Part shown: piece after piece, positions 28,986 to 38,032 of the stretch
How positions within the stretch are numbered: position 1 is the stretch's first letter
Layout of the letters: each line of letters starts with the position of its first letter
Source: a virus
Lineage: Duplodnaviria > Heunggongvirae > Uroviricota > Caudoviricetes
Length of the DNA: 64,000 bases
Direction: 5' to 3' (one strand)
IMG/VR virus record: IMGVR_UViG_3300037067_009442
Span: 157,721 to 221,720 of that record
Program-made: the position numbers and the translations under genes
Notes under the pieces: model-generated
What the model was told of the DNA's origin: nothing
Databases searched by the model: none
The model's input: the letters and a program-made list of their open reading frames with translations, nothing else

Positions 28986-29933
28986 ATGGCAATACCAACA
29001 CTTGAGAAAACCTGGCAATATAACGTCAACCAAGCAATCGCCAGTACGGGGACTGCAGACGGGGATATGAAGAAGCTCGTTCTTGCAATGAAGAACAGCT
29101 TGATTGGATTTAGTACCCAACCTTGGACAGTGGTTCGTAGTAGTAACGGAACTACCGTAGCAGCATCAGACTTGTGGACTAGCGTAAGCGCAATGGTGAA
29201 TGCTTATGATGGATCCGCTCACTCTTGGATTGTACTTGAGCAAACAGGTGTGACAGGTGGACCGTTTCAGTTGTGCCTAGATCTCAATTACTCTGGGATG
29301 TATCAGATGTCTTGGACTTACTCCCCCAGTGCAGGGTTCACAGTAGGAGGGACTACAACCGCTAGGCCAACTGCTACTGACCAGACTATTCTGGTTAATG
29401 CTGGGACTTGGATCACTAACACAACCATCTCTAGTAAGGTGCTTCATGTAATGATGTCCGCTGATGGACAATGTACTAGGATCTTCTCCTTCGTAGGTGG
29501 AGTTGTAACATTCTCCTTACTTATAGAGACCCTAGCAGATACCGCGGCTGCCCTATCCTCCAAGTCTGTCTGCACACTCGGTCTCGCTTACACCTCAACC
29601 AACTTCTACAATACTGCCTACTGGACTGGTCGCTTTGGGACCACTAATTATGTAGCTTTCACTGCAACCGAAGGTTACAAAAATGGCCCTGTTCCGAGCG
29701 GGAACTCAGGTACAATCTCAGATTTCACCGGTGCCTTTCCCATCACTCCTCTATCTGCTTACTCTGAGACAGGTGGCTGTCATGGACGGGCAGGGCGATT
29801 CGTCGATCTCTATATGGGGGCCTCAGGGGCTCCGAACGGAAGTACCTACCCGCTAACTCCAAACGACAAGGAGTTCGTTCAATTCAGTCAATTCATTATG
29901 CCTTGGAATGGTACTGCGCCTTTAATGGCTTAG
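28986..29933 (+). CDS. Structural protein, paralog B
   Basis: Begins MAIPTLEKTWQYNVNQAI and is a paralog of the 27720..28682 protein. Confidence 0.5.
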   Translation: MAIPTLEKTWQYNVNQAIASTGTADGDMKKLVLAMKNSLIGFSTQPWTVVRSSNGTTVAASDLWTSVSAMVNAYDGSAHSWIVLEQTGVTGGPFQLCLDLNYSGMYQMSWTYSPSAGFTVGGTTTARPTATDQTILVNAGTWITNTTISSKVLHVMMSADGQCTRIFSFVGGVVTFSLLIETLADTAAALSSKSVCTLGLAYTSTNFYNTAYWTGRFGTTNYVAFTATEGYKNGPVPSGNSGTISDFTGAFPITPLSAYSETGGCHGRAGRFVDLYMGASGAPNGSTYPLTPNDKEFVQFSQFIMPWNGTAPLMA

Positions 29934-29945
29934 GGGTAGCTATTC

Positions 29946-30293
29946 ATGGCTGATGTTGATGGTGAGTTAACTCAAGTCTCCACTAACTACTTTGATCTAG
30001 GGGTAGTTGATCTACCTCTAGATTCGGAATACCATTCAAACCTAGAGGTGTCCCCCTCCGATCCTGGTATCTTCGACGCCCCAAGACCTGGGTGGTACTC
30101 TCAAACCGACTCGAGGATAGTGATTACAAACCACTACCACAAGCGAGGTTGGCATACTGAATCCAACGCTTATGTTGAATGGGAAAGTACAGATCGAGAA
30201 ACTCCGTATCCAGGTGGAGGTACTGTAGAGCCTGCAGTTGGCACTGTGGTCTTTCAATGGGTAACTACCTCGAATGGATCCCGATCAGGTTGA
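29946..30293 (+). CDS. Small partner protein B
   Basis: Paralog of the 28694..28957 protein. Confidence 0.45.
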   Translation: MADVDGELTQVSTNYFDLGVVDLPLDSEYHSNLEVSPSDPGIFDAPRPGWYSQTDSRIVITNHYHKRGWHTESNAYVEWESTDRETPYPGGGTVEPAVGTVVFQWVTTSNGSRSG

Positions 30294-30295
30294 AT

Positions 30296-30970
30296 TTAGG
30301 CAGATAACCTGGAGATAGACCTCTCCAGGTTACCCCTTGCTCGGAGTTCATAACTACTGCTTCGAAGTTCGGGAGTATAGTAGATGGTCGGCTTGAGGAA
30401 GCACTGTAAGACCTCTTGACGACCCCTCTTGAAGGTCAAGTCATCTACCCAGGAGTACTCCTTCCGGATGTTCTCCTCATAGGTAGCAAACGCCTTAGGG
30501 TCTTCCCCAAGGATAGATAGGTCCATGTCCACTAGTACCTTGGCCCCAGGGGTACTAGGCTCACTTGAGTGCTTGGTAGCTAAGATGAGCTTTCCTACTT
30601 CAATAGCGAAGCTCAGAGGTAACTGAAGGGACCTAGTGATCCGATCAGAGGCGACACTGGCACTCTGAAGTTCGTTATCCTTCGCTTGAGTATTGTACTC
30701 AAAGTCATGGTACCAGAAGGCTAACTCAACCTCACCCGTAGTTCGAGCTTTCAAGTAGCGGTCAAGGACTTCAAACCCAGACCGGAGGTGTTCGGTAGTG
30801 TGGTAGTAACGACTTGAATCAGAATACCTAAGGAGGATCTCCTCAAGGACTTCAGACTTGACTCCCTCAGACCCTACAAGCCGCAAAGTTTCAGCCCAAC
30901 GAGAAACTAAGTACTCTCGCGTTGAAACTGCTGGGGAAGAGAAGGATGCCATAGGTGGATAGTACCACAA
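30296..30970 (-). CDS. HD-domain-like phosphohydrolase (tentative)
   Basis: The pair YHTTEHL ... WYHD resembles the His...HD metal-binding motifs. Confidence 0.3.
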   Translation of the reverse strand: MWYYPPMASFSSPAVSTREYLVSRWAETLRLVGSEGVKSEVLEEILLRYSDSSRYYHTTEHLRSGFEVLDRYLKARTTGEVELAFWYHDFEYNTQAKDNELQSASVASDRITRSLQLPLSFAIEVGKLILATKHSSEPSTPGAKVLVDMDLSILGEDPKAFATYEENIRKEYSWVDDLTFKRGRQEVLQCFLKPTIYYTPELRSSSYELRARGNLERSISRLSA

Positions 30971-31025
30971 AAAGAGAGAAGGACGAGCCTAAGCCCATCC
31001 TTCTCTCTTTACCGTTGCACCCTAC

Positions 31026-32957
31026 TTATTCAGCGGTGGGCTTACTCGTAGGAGAGAGCCTCTCAGAGGTCGCTGTTGCAAGCTTCTCGATTACCTCAAT
31101 GCCCTTTTGAACTGTTGAGGCAGTCGAGGAGTCAGCTCCGGCCATGAAGCCTCCGAAGGCTTGAGAGAGTCCCATGCCGTCGGACCAGTTCTTACCCATC
31201 TTGGCTACATCATCCGGAGTACCATAGACGTTGGCGGTGATCTTTCCATAGATAGTTGCCATGGCTTTGGCTGATTCAACCCGAACCAAGCATTCCTGCT
31301 CAATACGGAGCTTGCTGAGTTCGAAGTCCTGGGCAACCTTACCACTCTTCTCACGGGCTTCGAGTTCCGGCTTAAGGACCTCTTCAACCCTCTGCTTGTC
31401 GACCTCAACCTGACGAGCGTTGACCTCCACAGGGACCATAGCAAGGGCCTTCTGACCCTCAGCTTGAGCAAGGGCTACTGCCTTCTGACCCTCAGCTTGA
31501 GCGAGCTGGAGGGCCTTCTGACCCTCAGCTTGAGCCAACTGAGCTGCCTTGCTACCTTCAGCGCCTAGTCTTGCAGCTTCAGCTTCTGCCTTGGCCTTCT
31601 TGGTCATGGCTTCGGCTTCAGCATCAGCAGCTTCCTTGCGAGCGTTAGCGTCCTTACTGACCTTGTAGGCTTCAGCATCAGCCCTCTTTTGGGCAGTCAC
31701 AAAGTCCTTAGAGGCAGCAGCATCAGCGGCAAGTACCGCTGTTTGCTTGTCACGTTCAGCCTTAGCGACTGCTTCAACAGTAAGGATCCCTTGCTGAGCC
31801 TTAGTGCGAAGGGCTTCAGCGTCAGCCAACTTAGCTTCAGCTTGAGCCTTGCTAGCCTCTGCATCCGCAACAGCTGATTGCTGAATTCGAGTAGCTACTT
31901 GAACCTTCTGATCAGCCTGGATGATGGCTTCATCCTTGGCTCGATTAGCAACCTCAGTCATCTGTGCTTGAGTGATCTTGGCAACGTCTACTGACCTAGT
32001 TGCCTCAAGCTCTTTCTCTTGCGTGATTCGGTCTTGTTCGGCCTTGACAACTGCAATCTGAGCCGCTTGCTTTGCACTAGCCTCAGCTTGGTTCTGCTCG
32101 AGCTCCCAGACTTTCTTCTGGGTCTCCACGTCTTGTTGCTTTCGAGCTTGCTCACCAGCCTTCATGATCTGATTCTTCTCAGTAAGATTCTTCTGAGTGA
32201 TCTCCGCAATGGCTCGCATGCCCTGAGCATCGAAGATATTACCAGGCTTCAGGTGGTCCTCAGAGGTCTGATCAAGGCTCGAAATGGTCACCGTTTCGAG
32301 CGTGAACCCATTGTGCTTTAGGTCAGCTGTCACGAGATTAGTGACCTCCTTGAGGAACTCGTCTCGTTCACTATTGAGCTGCTCCAGAGTCTTCGTGGCG
32401 GCTGCCGTCCTCAAAGCTGAGATGAGCTTGTCCTCGATAAGTGCAGAGACTCCGTTCTTCTGCAGCTCTTGGTAGCCCCTTCGACTCATCTCCTGGTTAG
32501 TAGCTACCTCATTCATGACATCGCCCAATGATCGGGCAGCTGCTTGAATGTCCTCATCACTAGGTTGAATCCGAACGAAGAACTCAGACTGAATATCAGC
32601 CCTCAGTTTGTCACTAGTGATTAAGGCTTCTGCTTCCTTGCGAACCACTGGGAGCTTGATGGTCCTTAGTGAGACCTTAACCACCTGGTGGACTATGGGG
32701 AGTACTAAGGACCCACCATCACGGACTACCTTGAGTCCACCCATACCGGTTCGAACGAAGGCTTCATCTGACTTGGTTCGAACATACAACTTGGTGATGG
32801 TGATTAGGATGGAGCATGCAATTATCAAGGCAATCCCGCTGCCCATCATGATTGCAGACGACATACCGCCAACGTCGTGATGTGTGATGTTGAGCCCTAT
32901 CGGAGCTCCAATCAGAGCAACACCAAAAAGAACAAGCAGAAACAATGTGATTCCCAT
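31026..32957 (-). CDS. Flotillin-like SPFH/band-7 protein (YqiK/FloT-like) with long Ala/Glu/Lys coiled coil
   Basis: N-terminal transmembrane helices, an SPFH core (VRTGMGGLKVVRDGGSLVLPIVHQVVKVSLRTIKL) and a coiled-coil tail with AQAEGQKAL repeats. Confidence 0.65.
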   Translation of the reverse strand: MGITLFLLVLFGVALIGAPIGLNITHHDVGGMSSAIMMGSGIALIIACSILITITKLYVRTKSDEAFVRTGMGGLKVVRDGGSLVLPIVHQVVKVSLRTIKLPVVRKEAEALITSDKLRADIQSEFFVRIQPSDEDIQAAARSLGDVMNEVATNQEMSRRGYQELQKNGVSALIEDKLISALRTAAATKTLEQLNSERDEFLKEVTNLVTADLKHNGFTLETVTISSLDQTSEDHLKPGNIFDAQGMRAIAEITQKNLTEKNQIMKAGEQARKQQDVETQKKVWELEQNQAEASAKQAAQIAVVKAEQDRITQEKELEATRSVDVAKITQAQMTEVANRAKDEAIIQADQKVQVATRIQQSAVADAEASKAQAEAKLADAEALRTKAQQGILTVEAVAKAERDKQTAVLAADAAASKDFVTAQKRADAEAYKVSKDANARKEAADAEAEAMTKKAKAEAEAARLGAEGSKAAQLAQAEGQKALQLAQAEGQKAVALAQAEGQKALAMVPVEVNARQVEVDKQRVEEVLKPELEAREKSGKVAQDFELSKLRIEQECLVRVESAKAMATIYGKITANVYGTPDDVAKMGKNWSDGMGLSQAFGGFMAGADSSTASTVQKGIEVIEKLATATSERLSPTSKPTAE

Positions 32958-33011
32958 GTGATCCTCATCTGACTATCCTTATTAGGATAGTGGTTTCAAA
33001 CGTCTTGACCC

Positions 33012-33656
33012 TTAGATTAATGACGGGTCCCGAACTACTGTGTAAAAATTCCCTGAAGCATTGTAATCAATGGTCAGGATGGCAGAGCCTTTTGGAATAG
33101 AGGAGTCAGATCTACACTGAACTTGGTAGAGCTCCCCCTTCTTGTTTCGAAGTTGAGCTAGGCCGCCCTTGGAGTCTGCGGGTAGAGTTAGGGTCCCGGA
33201 GCAACCTATTAGGTCATGACTTGTGACAGAGTCTGTTTCTGTTGAAGGCATGACTCTCCCTATCAATCTGCTGATGAAAGCAGAGAGGAAGAACATTCCG
33301 ACAAAAGCACAGACTATTGAACCAATAGCGAACCCACTCCAGTGCCGTATAAGAGGCTCCAGGAGGTTATTCATCGTTACCCCGATACCGCCAAAGGTAA
33401 GCAGGACAACCATGATGGAGATGGCTACTGGTACCCTACCAAAACCCAAGAGTGAGAGGATTCCTTTCCCGATACCCTCTCCGTCGTGCTCCCCATCACC
33501 GTCCGAGTCCCCATGCACCCCATGCATAGCCCCGTCTACGTGGATTCCAATATCGTGCTCGAACCCGGAAAACGCCACCCCAATAACGGATAGAACCCCG
33601 AGTGCCAGTGGAATGTAGAAGATCAGGTTATACCAAACAAGCAATTGGGCCATCAC
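33012..33656 (-). CDS. NfeD-like membrane protein (YqiJ-like), partner of flotillin
   Basis: Transmembrane helices followed by a C-terminal OB-fold-like beta domain (GTLTLPADSKGGLAQL...GELYQVQC). It lies just downstream of the flotillin gene, and flotillin-NfeD pairing is the established arrangement. Confidence 0.55.
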   Translation of the reverse strand: MMAQLLVWYNLIFYIPLALGVLSVIGVAFSGFEHDIGIHVDGAMHGVHGDSDGDGEHDGEGIGKGILSLLGFGRVPVAISIMVVLLTFGGIGVTMNNLLEPLIRHWSGFAIGSIVCAFVGMFFLSAFISRLIGRVMPSTETDSVTSHDLIGCSGTLTLPADSKGGLAQLRNKKGELYQVQCRSDSSIPKGSAILTIDYNASGNFYTVVRDPSLI

Positions 33657-33732
33657 GGCTCTTTACACCGGATGGCCCAAAGCCTAAAAAACCTGTAGTT
33701 ATAACGAATCGACCGAGACTTGGTACCTTAGT

Positions 33733-34122
33733 TTACTCCCAGATTGGGCCAACGTGGTCAAAAAGCCTCTGATTATACCGGTGAAAGGAATGAGACGAGT
33801 CAAGTAATTCAGAAGGACGAACCCATTTGACGACTGCATTCTCTTTTGCGACGGGTTCCCCCTCCCAAGACTCAACCTCATAGGTTCGGCACGGGCGAGG
33901 TTCCCCACCTTCTACGCGATCCAAGTCCTCAAAGACCTGTCGGAATACTAGGGGCTTGACCCCTACTTCCTCCCCTACCTCTCGAATTAGAGCCTGCTCT
34001 GGGGTTTCTCCTGGATCAACCTTACCGCCGGGAAGCCCGAGGTCGGAATGGTTGGTCTTCCTTGATACAGCTAGGACTTTACCGCCCCTAATCATCAAAC
34101 CTACGACAGAGAATGGTTCCAT
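33733..34122 (-). CDS. NUDIX hydrolase
   Basis: Nudix box GGKVDPGETPEQALIREVGEEVGV. Confidence 0.65.
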   Translation of the reverse strand: MEPFSVVGLMIRGGKVLAVSRKTNHSDLGLPGGKVDPGETPEQALIREVGEEVGVKPLVFRQVFEDLDRVEGGEPRPCRTYEVESWEGEPVAKENAVVKWVRPSELLDSSHSFHRYNQRLFDHVGPIWE

Positions 34123-34650
34123 CTACATCACCGGGTTTATTTTGGGATCAATCTCGAGCTCACAAAACTCGATGTCCCCATTCTGGGGGTAAATGAAGTA
34201 GGCTTCAACCTGAATTTGAGGGTTCTCCCTCCTGATCCAAGCGGCACTACATTGGAGGTCCTTGATCTGTTGACTCAAGACCTTATTATCCGGTTGGCCA
34301 GTCATCCTTTTCTGGTAGTACCCGCAACTCACATGAGCAATGAGGAAGACCCTCTGAGTGTGGTGCCCTCGAATCAGGAATCGAGTACTCGATCTGACAG
34401 ATTCTGTATCACTAATTGAAGAACCAGACATGTCCAGTAGAGCAGGACCCCCAGGAATTGCTAGAGTATCATAACTCTGATACCCCTTGTGGGCCATTAA
34501 GTCAGCTACTGGTACAGTAAACCTACCGTCGCTGCATCTGATGATGAGCGTTTCAGGGTGTTCCCTTTGAAAACTACGCTTTACCTTGAAAACGTTTCGG
34601 AAGGTCATCTTAGTTCCCCATACACCAGTAGTTGGTGTATGGTCAATCAA
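34123..34650 (-). CDS. Beta-carbonic anhydrase-like protein
   Basis: CSDGR (CxDxR) at residues 39-43 and HVSCG (HxxCG) at 106-110 match the beta-CA zinc ligand spacing. Confidence 0.45.
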   Translation of the reverse strand: MIDHTPTTGVWGTKMTFRNVFKVKRSFQREHPETLIIRCSDGRFTVPVADLMAHKGYQSYDTLAIPGGPALLDMSGSSISDTESVRSSTRFLIRGHHTQRVFLIAHVSCGYYQKRMTGQPDNKVLSQQIKDLQCSAAWIRRENPQIQVEAYFIYPQNGDIEFCELEIDPKINPVM

Positions 34651-35249
34651 TGAAAGGTCGAGTCTTCGGTCTAACTGGAGGGATTGCTTCCGGGAAGAGC
34701 ACCGTATCCAAGTTGTTCCAAAGGGATAATATCCCGATGGTGGATGCCGATGAAGCGGCCAGAGCTGTAGTGGACCCAGGGAAACCTGCCCTAAGGGATC
34801 TGGTTCACGTATTCGGATCTCAAATCCTCCTCGAGGACGGGAAGTTGAATAGGCCTCGATTGGCAGCCCTCATCTTCATGGACCCTAAGAAGCGTTGTGC
34901 TTTGGATCAGATCATCGAGGGTTACTTGATGGTGGAGATCAACACTCGATTGAAGAAGGCTGTGGAGGGGAACCCTCTCGTTGGTTTTGATGCTGCTCTA
35001 ATCATCGAGAAGGGGCATGAGAAGGAGTATCGACCTCTCGTGGTTGTAGCTGCCACTCCAGAAGTTCAACTCCAGAGGATTCAATCTCGAGACGGATTCA
35101 ATGAGGCAGAAGCAAAAGCTCGCTTGGCCTCTCAACTCCCCATGTCCGAGAAGGTGAAGTTCGCTGATCACGTGATCTGGAACAACGGTACCGTAGAGGA
35201 GCTAGAGAAGCAGGCCATCAGCGTGCTTGTTCGGCTGCGTAACCCATGA
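34632..35249 (+). CDS. coaE: Dephospho-CoA kinase
   Basis: P-loop VFGLTGGIASGKSTVSKLF plus overall CoaE-like layout. Confidence 0.7.
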   Translation: MVYGQSMKGRVFGLTGGIASGKSTVSKLFQRDNIPMVDADEAARAVVDPGKPALRDLVHVFGSQILLEDGKLNRPRLAALIFMDPKKRCALDQIIEGYLMVEINTRLKKAVEGNPLVGFDAALIIEKGHEKEYRPLVVVAATPEVQLQRIQSRDGFNEAEAKARLASQLPMSEKVKFADHVIWNNGTVEELEKQAISVLVRLRNP

Positions 35250-35557
35250 GTGACCATGAGGACATCGACTCTTATTGGATCGATGTCAGACCTACACGCC
35301 TACCTGCGGAACTAGATACCCCTGGGTTCTGGGTGTCCTTGATCAATGATAAGGGCATCGAGGTTACCTCTCGGGTTCGGATAATGAAACTCAATTCGTC
35401 CATTATCTTCCCTATGACTACCGAGCCCGCTACCTTCTCTCAGGTAGCGATCTGGAGATCTGAAATGGGAGGTACTCCTCGTATAGTAGACACCAGAAGT
35501 ACCTTCAAAGTACTGTTCCCCGGAGATACCCTGAATCTAACTATTGCCCTGACTTAA
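35246..35557 (+). CDS. Hypothetical protein
   Basis: 103-aa ORF translationally coupled (ATGA) to coaE. Confidence 0.35.
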   Translation: MSDHEDIDSYWIDVRPTRLPAELDTPGFWVSLINDKGIEVTSRVRIMKLNSSIIFPMTTEPATFSQVAIWRSEMGGTPRIVDTRSTFKVLFPGDTLNLTIALT

Positions 35558-35563
35558 GACGAC

Positions 35564-35863
35564 TCAGTAGTCGTCTTCTTGACCTCGACGACCACGCATC
35601 CCATTCTTGTTCCGTGGTTTACCGCCGGTGGGTGGGAGCTCTTGGAACTTAGGGGCATAGTCGAATGATTGATTCACCTGAGTTTGCCCAACCTCAGCGT
35701 CCCTAAGCGCTCGTTTCTTTGCTCGGCAGGGGTAACAGCGCTTAGTAGGACTGTAATTATTCTCAGTAAAAAACACCTGCTCCCTCACGGAGAAGATGAA
35801 GTCCTGGTGGCAATCACAGCAATTGATGGTCTGGTCGGCTAGATTGGATTGAGAGTCGTTCAT
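35564..35863 (-). CDS. Zinc-ribbon domain protein
   Basis: CCDCHQDF ... CYPCRAKKR. Confidence 0.4.
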   Translation of the reverse strand: MNDSQSNLADQTINCCDCHQDFIFSVREQVFFTENNYSPTKRCYPCRAKKRALRDAEVGQTQVNQSFDYAPKFQELPPTGGKPRNKNGMRGRRGQEDDY

Positions 35864-35998
35864 AGCTGGAGTCTTTGAAGTTTCCTAGTGACTGAGTAAC
35901 TTAACTTCAGTCAATACACCAGGTTAATCTCAATCATGGATTATTTAGGGAAGTCAGTAGTAGGATGTAGTCTCATGTAATAAATATCTGAGGTACCG

Positions 35999-36012
35999 GT
36001 TCTTCGAAGAAC
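35999..36012. promoter_or_regulatory. Perfect 14-bp palindrome GTTCTTCGAAGAAC in a divergent intergenic region
   Basis: Read from the sequence, immediately 5' of the 36015 ORF. Candidate operator for a dimeric regulator. Confidence 0.4.
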
Positions 36013-36014
36013 TC

Positions 36015-36503
36015 TTGATTGAAGTAGCTCTATTGAGGCTATTCGTGACGTTAGACCATCCTCGTGCTCGCGAGCTCTTGTCCCAAATGGGAATCAATTC
36101 CAGGGACTTCGAAGCTATAGCTCAAGCTAAGAGTCAAGAAGAAGGGGACCGTCTTCTTCTTGACTTGAGGGGTAGATTCAAGAAGGGCTTCAAGAGGTTA
36201 GTCCTTCTACTCCACCCAGATCAAAATAGTGACCCAAGTGCGGTTGGTGAACTCTCCCTTCTACTCGAGTTACCAAAGCTGATAGAGGCACTTCAATTCA
36301 AACCCTCACCGAGAGCTCCCAGGGTCGTCTACCATACGGTTTTTGTAAGTCCGGTATCGCCACCTCAACCTAGGAGGAATGGGGTACCTCAGTACTTCCA
36401 AACTGAGGGCTCCGGAACCAACTCCACTCACTCATACACGACAGATGCTTCAAGGGTAGTCGATTTGAAGCCACACGGTGTTACTTCTCCACGTGGCCGA
36501 TGA
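36015..36503 (+). CDS. J-domain-like protein (tentative)
   Basis: KKGFKRLVLLLHPDQNSDP contains HPD in a J-domain-like context. TTG start, so the true start is uncertain. Confidence 0.35.
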   Translation: MIEVALLRLFVTLDHPRARELLSQMGINSRDFEAIAQAKSQEEGDRLLLDLRGRFKKGFKRLVLLLHPDQNSDPSAVGELSLLLELPKLIEALQFKPSPRAPRVVYHTVFVSPVSPPQPRRNGVPQYFQTEGSGTNSTHSYTTDASRVVDLKPHGVTSPRGR

Positions 36504-36876
36504 TTACTTGACTGTTCAATTACCCCTCCCAGATCTATCCACGTTGACTCAGGCAGAGCTCACTGCTCTCCGGACGTACCTGAATGCCAAGTGCAAGGAA
36601 GCCCGTAAGGAGTCCTCTAGGCTCATAGGGAAGGTTGTAGTGGTTCGGGATCTGTGGCTCAAGACTATCGCCCTCAAGGGGGATGCTACTGCTGAGGAAC
36701 GGGAAGCAGTTAATGCTCCCTTCTACCAAGAAGCGATGAAGCACCCAGAGCTTTTTGTATCTTACGCCTGGGCAAACTCCCTCTCTACTTTGGATCGTCA
36801 TATTTGGGCAACCATGATGGATCGGTCAAAGCTAATGGAAGCGGAGAAGACTAAGAAGTCATCTCGAACCACCTAG
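36478..36876 (+). CDS. Hypothetical protein
   Basis: 132-aa ORF overlapping the previous gene. Confidence 0.3.
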   Translation: MLLLHVADDYLTVQLPLPDLSTLTQAELTALRTYLNAKCKEARKESSRLIGKVVVVRDLWLKTIALKGDATAEEREAVNAPFYQEAMKHPELFVSYAWANSLSTLDRHIWATMMDRSKLMEAEKTKKSSRTT

Positions 36877-37588
36877 CAGAGAGCATCCGAGCATAAAATA
36901 CTGGATTGAGGCCGTAGGTACCTAAGGAGTACCCTTCGTTCATTTCGACGAGAAGGGTCTTACCTGAGTCCGTCACTCCCCAGTCAAGACTATATGCGGT
37001 CGGGGCGGTACCCTTCATGAGCTGTACAGCCTCTTCCACGGTAGACCGATCCGGAGCCTTAGCCCAATCCCCCTTGTAGTGGCGGCAATCTAGGATGGCG
37101 TGATCCAAGATGAAACTTCGATACTCCGAGACGAAGTTGACGGGCTCAGAGATCCAAATCTCCACATCATCTGCCAGAGTTACCGTCTTTCTCCTTGATT
37201 CAGGGTCATTCGGTAGCCACAGGAGACCGCTAAATAGCTTGTGCTCTAGCGGCTTGATGAACCAAGGGTAGTGTGATTGACGAACATCCTCGAGAAGACC
37301 CTTGAAGAGTTTTCGCTCCAAGAACTTCTCGAGAGGAGTCGGGTAGTCTACGACCGGAGGGATCGGTTTCCCCAACTTGGTTAGTGCTCGGTGAACATCT
37401 CCGATGTACCCAGCAACCCCAACAGTAGGTCCTAAATCCTCAATGGAATCAATATCATCAATCCACTCATAGGGGTTTGTTTCGATCCCTAGTTCCCAGA
37501 ACCCTCTCCGAGCTGAATCCTGAAGGGTCGTTTCGGGGTAACCCTCACGGTGACGAACATAGAATTTAGTGGCTTTAGGGGGGTTCAT
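36851..37588 (-). CDS. Hypothetical protein
   Basis: 245-aa ORF. Confidence 0.4.
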   Translation of the reverse strand: MNPPKATKFYVRHREGYPETTLQDSARRGFWELGIETNPYEWIDDIDSIEDLGPTVGVAGYIGDVHRALTKLGKPIPPVVDYPTPLEKFLERKLFKGLLEDVRQSHYPWFIKPLEHKLFSGLLWLPNDPESRRKTVTLADDVEIWISEPVNFVSEYRSFILDHAILDCRHYKGDWAKAPDRSTVEEAVQLMKGTAPTAYSLDWGVTDSGKTLLVEMNEGYSLGTYGLNPVFYARMLSARWFEMTS

Positions 37589-38003
37589 GGTGTACTTGGG
37601 AGAAGTGTCTGAATCAACTCTACAAGATCTGTCCGACGTCTCTGACGAAACTCTCCTTCAGATGCTCGATGTTGAGCGAGGGAAGTTCACTAAGTCGGAT
37701 TCAGACAAGATCAAGTACTACATCGATACTCTGATTGAAAGAGGGGTTTATCCGAAAGAGACTGTCGAAGGGAACCCTAACGACGTCTATACCATGGTTT
37801 CGGGGTGGGGGGCTTATTGGCACGTCTGGGAGGGGATCTTAGAATGCCCCTTTTGCGAAGCAGACCTTAGGGACTCTAAGTCGGGCCCCCCTTTCCTCCG
37901 TCAGATTGGTATCTCAGACAGAGGTCAAGACAGGATCACTGCATGGCAGTGCCCTGATTGTAAGATTAGTTGGCAGCGTGGTATTCTAACTGTCAAGAAG
38001 TAG
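37569..38003 (+). CDS. Zinc-ribbon hypothetical protein
   Basis: CPFCEADL ... CPDCKISW. Confidence 0.35.
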   Translation: MALGGFMVYLGEVSESTLQDLSDVSDETLLQMLDVERGKFTKSDSDKIKYYIDTLIERGVYPKETVEGNPNDVYTMVSGWGAYWHVWEGILECPFCEADLRDSKSGPPFLRQIGISDRGQDRITAWQCPDCKISWQRGILTVKK

Positions 38004-38032
38004 AGCTCCCACCAGATCAATGTCTCTAAGGA

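Noticed and set aside
31447-31550. Approximately 33-bp periodic repeats inside the flotillin gene
   Set aside because: They encode the AQAEGQKAL heptad-like coiled-coil repeats of the protein, so this is coding periodicity and not a regulatory or mobile repeat.
32019-32321. Antisense ORF inside the flotillin gene ending ...GHRFEREPIVL*, which matches the C-terminal RFER motif
   Set aside because: It lies entirely antisense to a well-supported SPFH/flotillin coding region. An overlapping antisense gene is unlikely. It is noted as a curious match, but I did not count it among the motif-bearing proteins.
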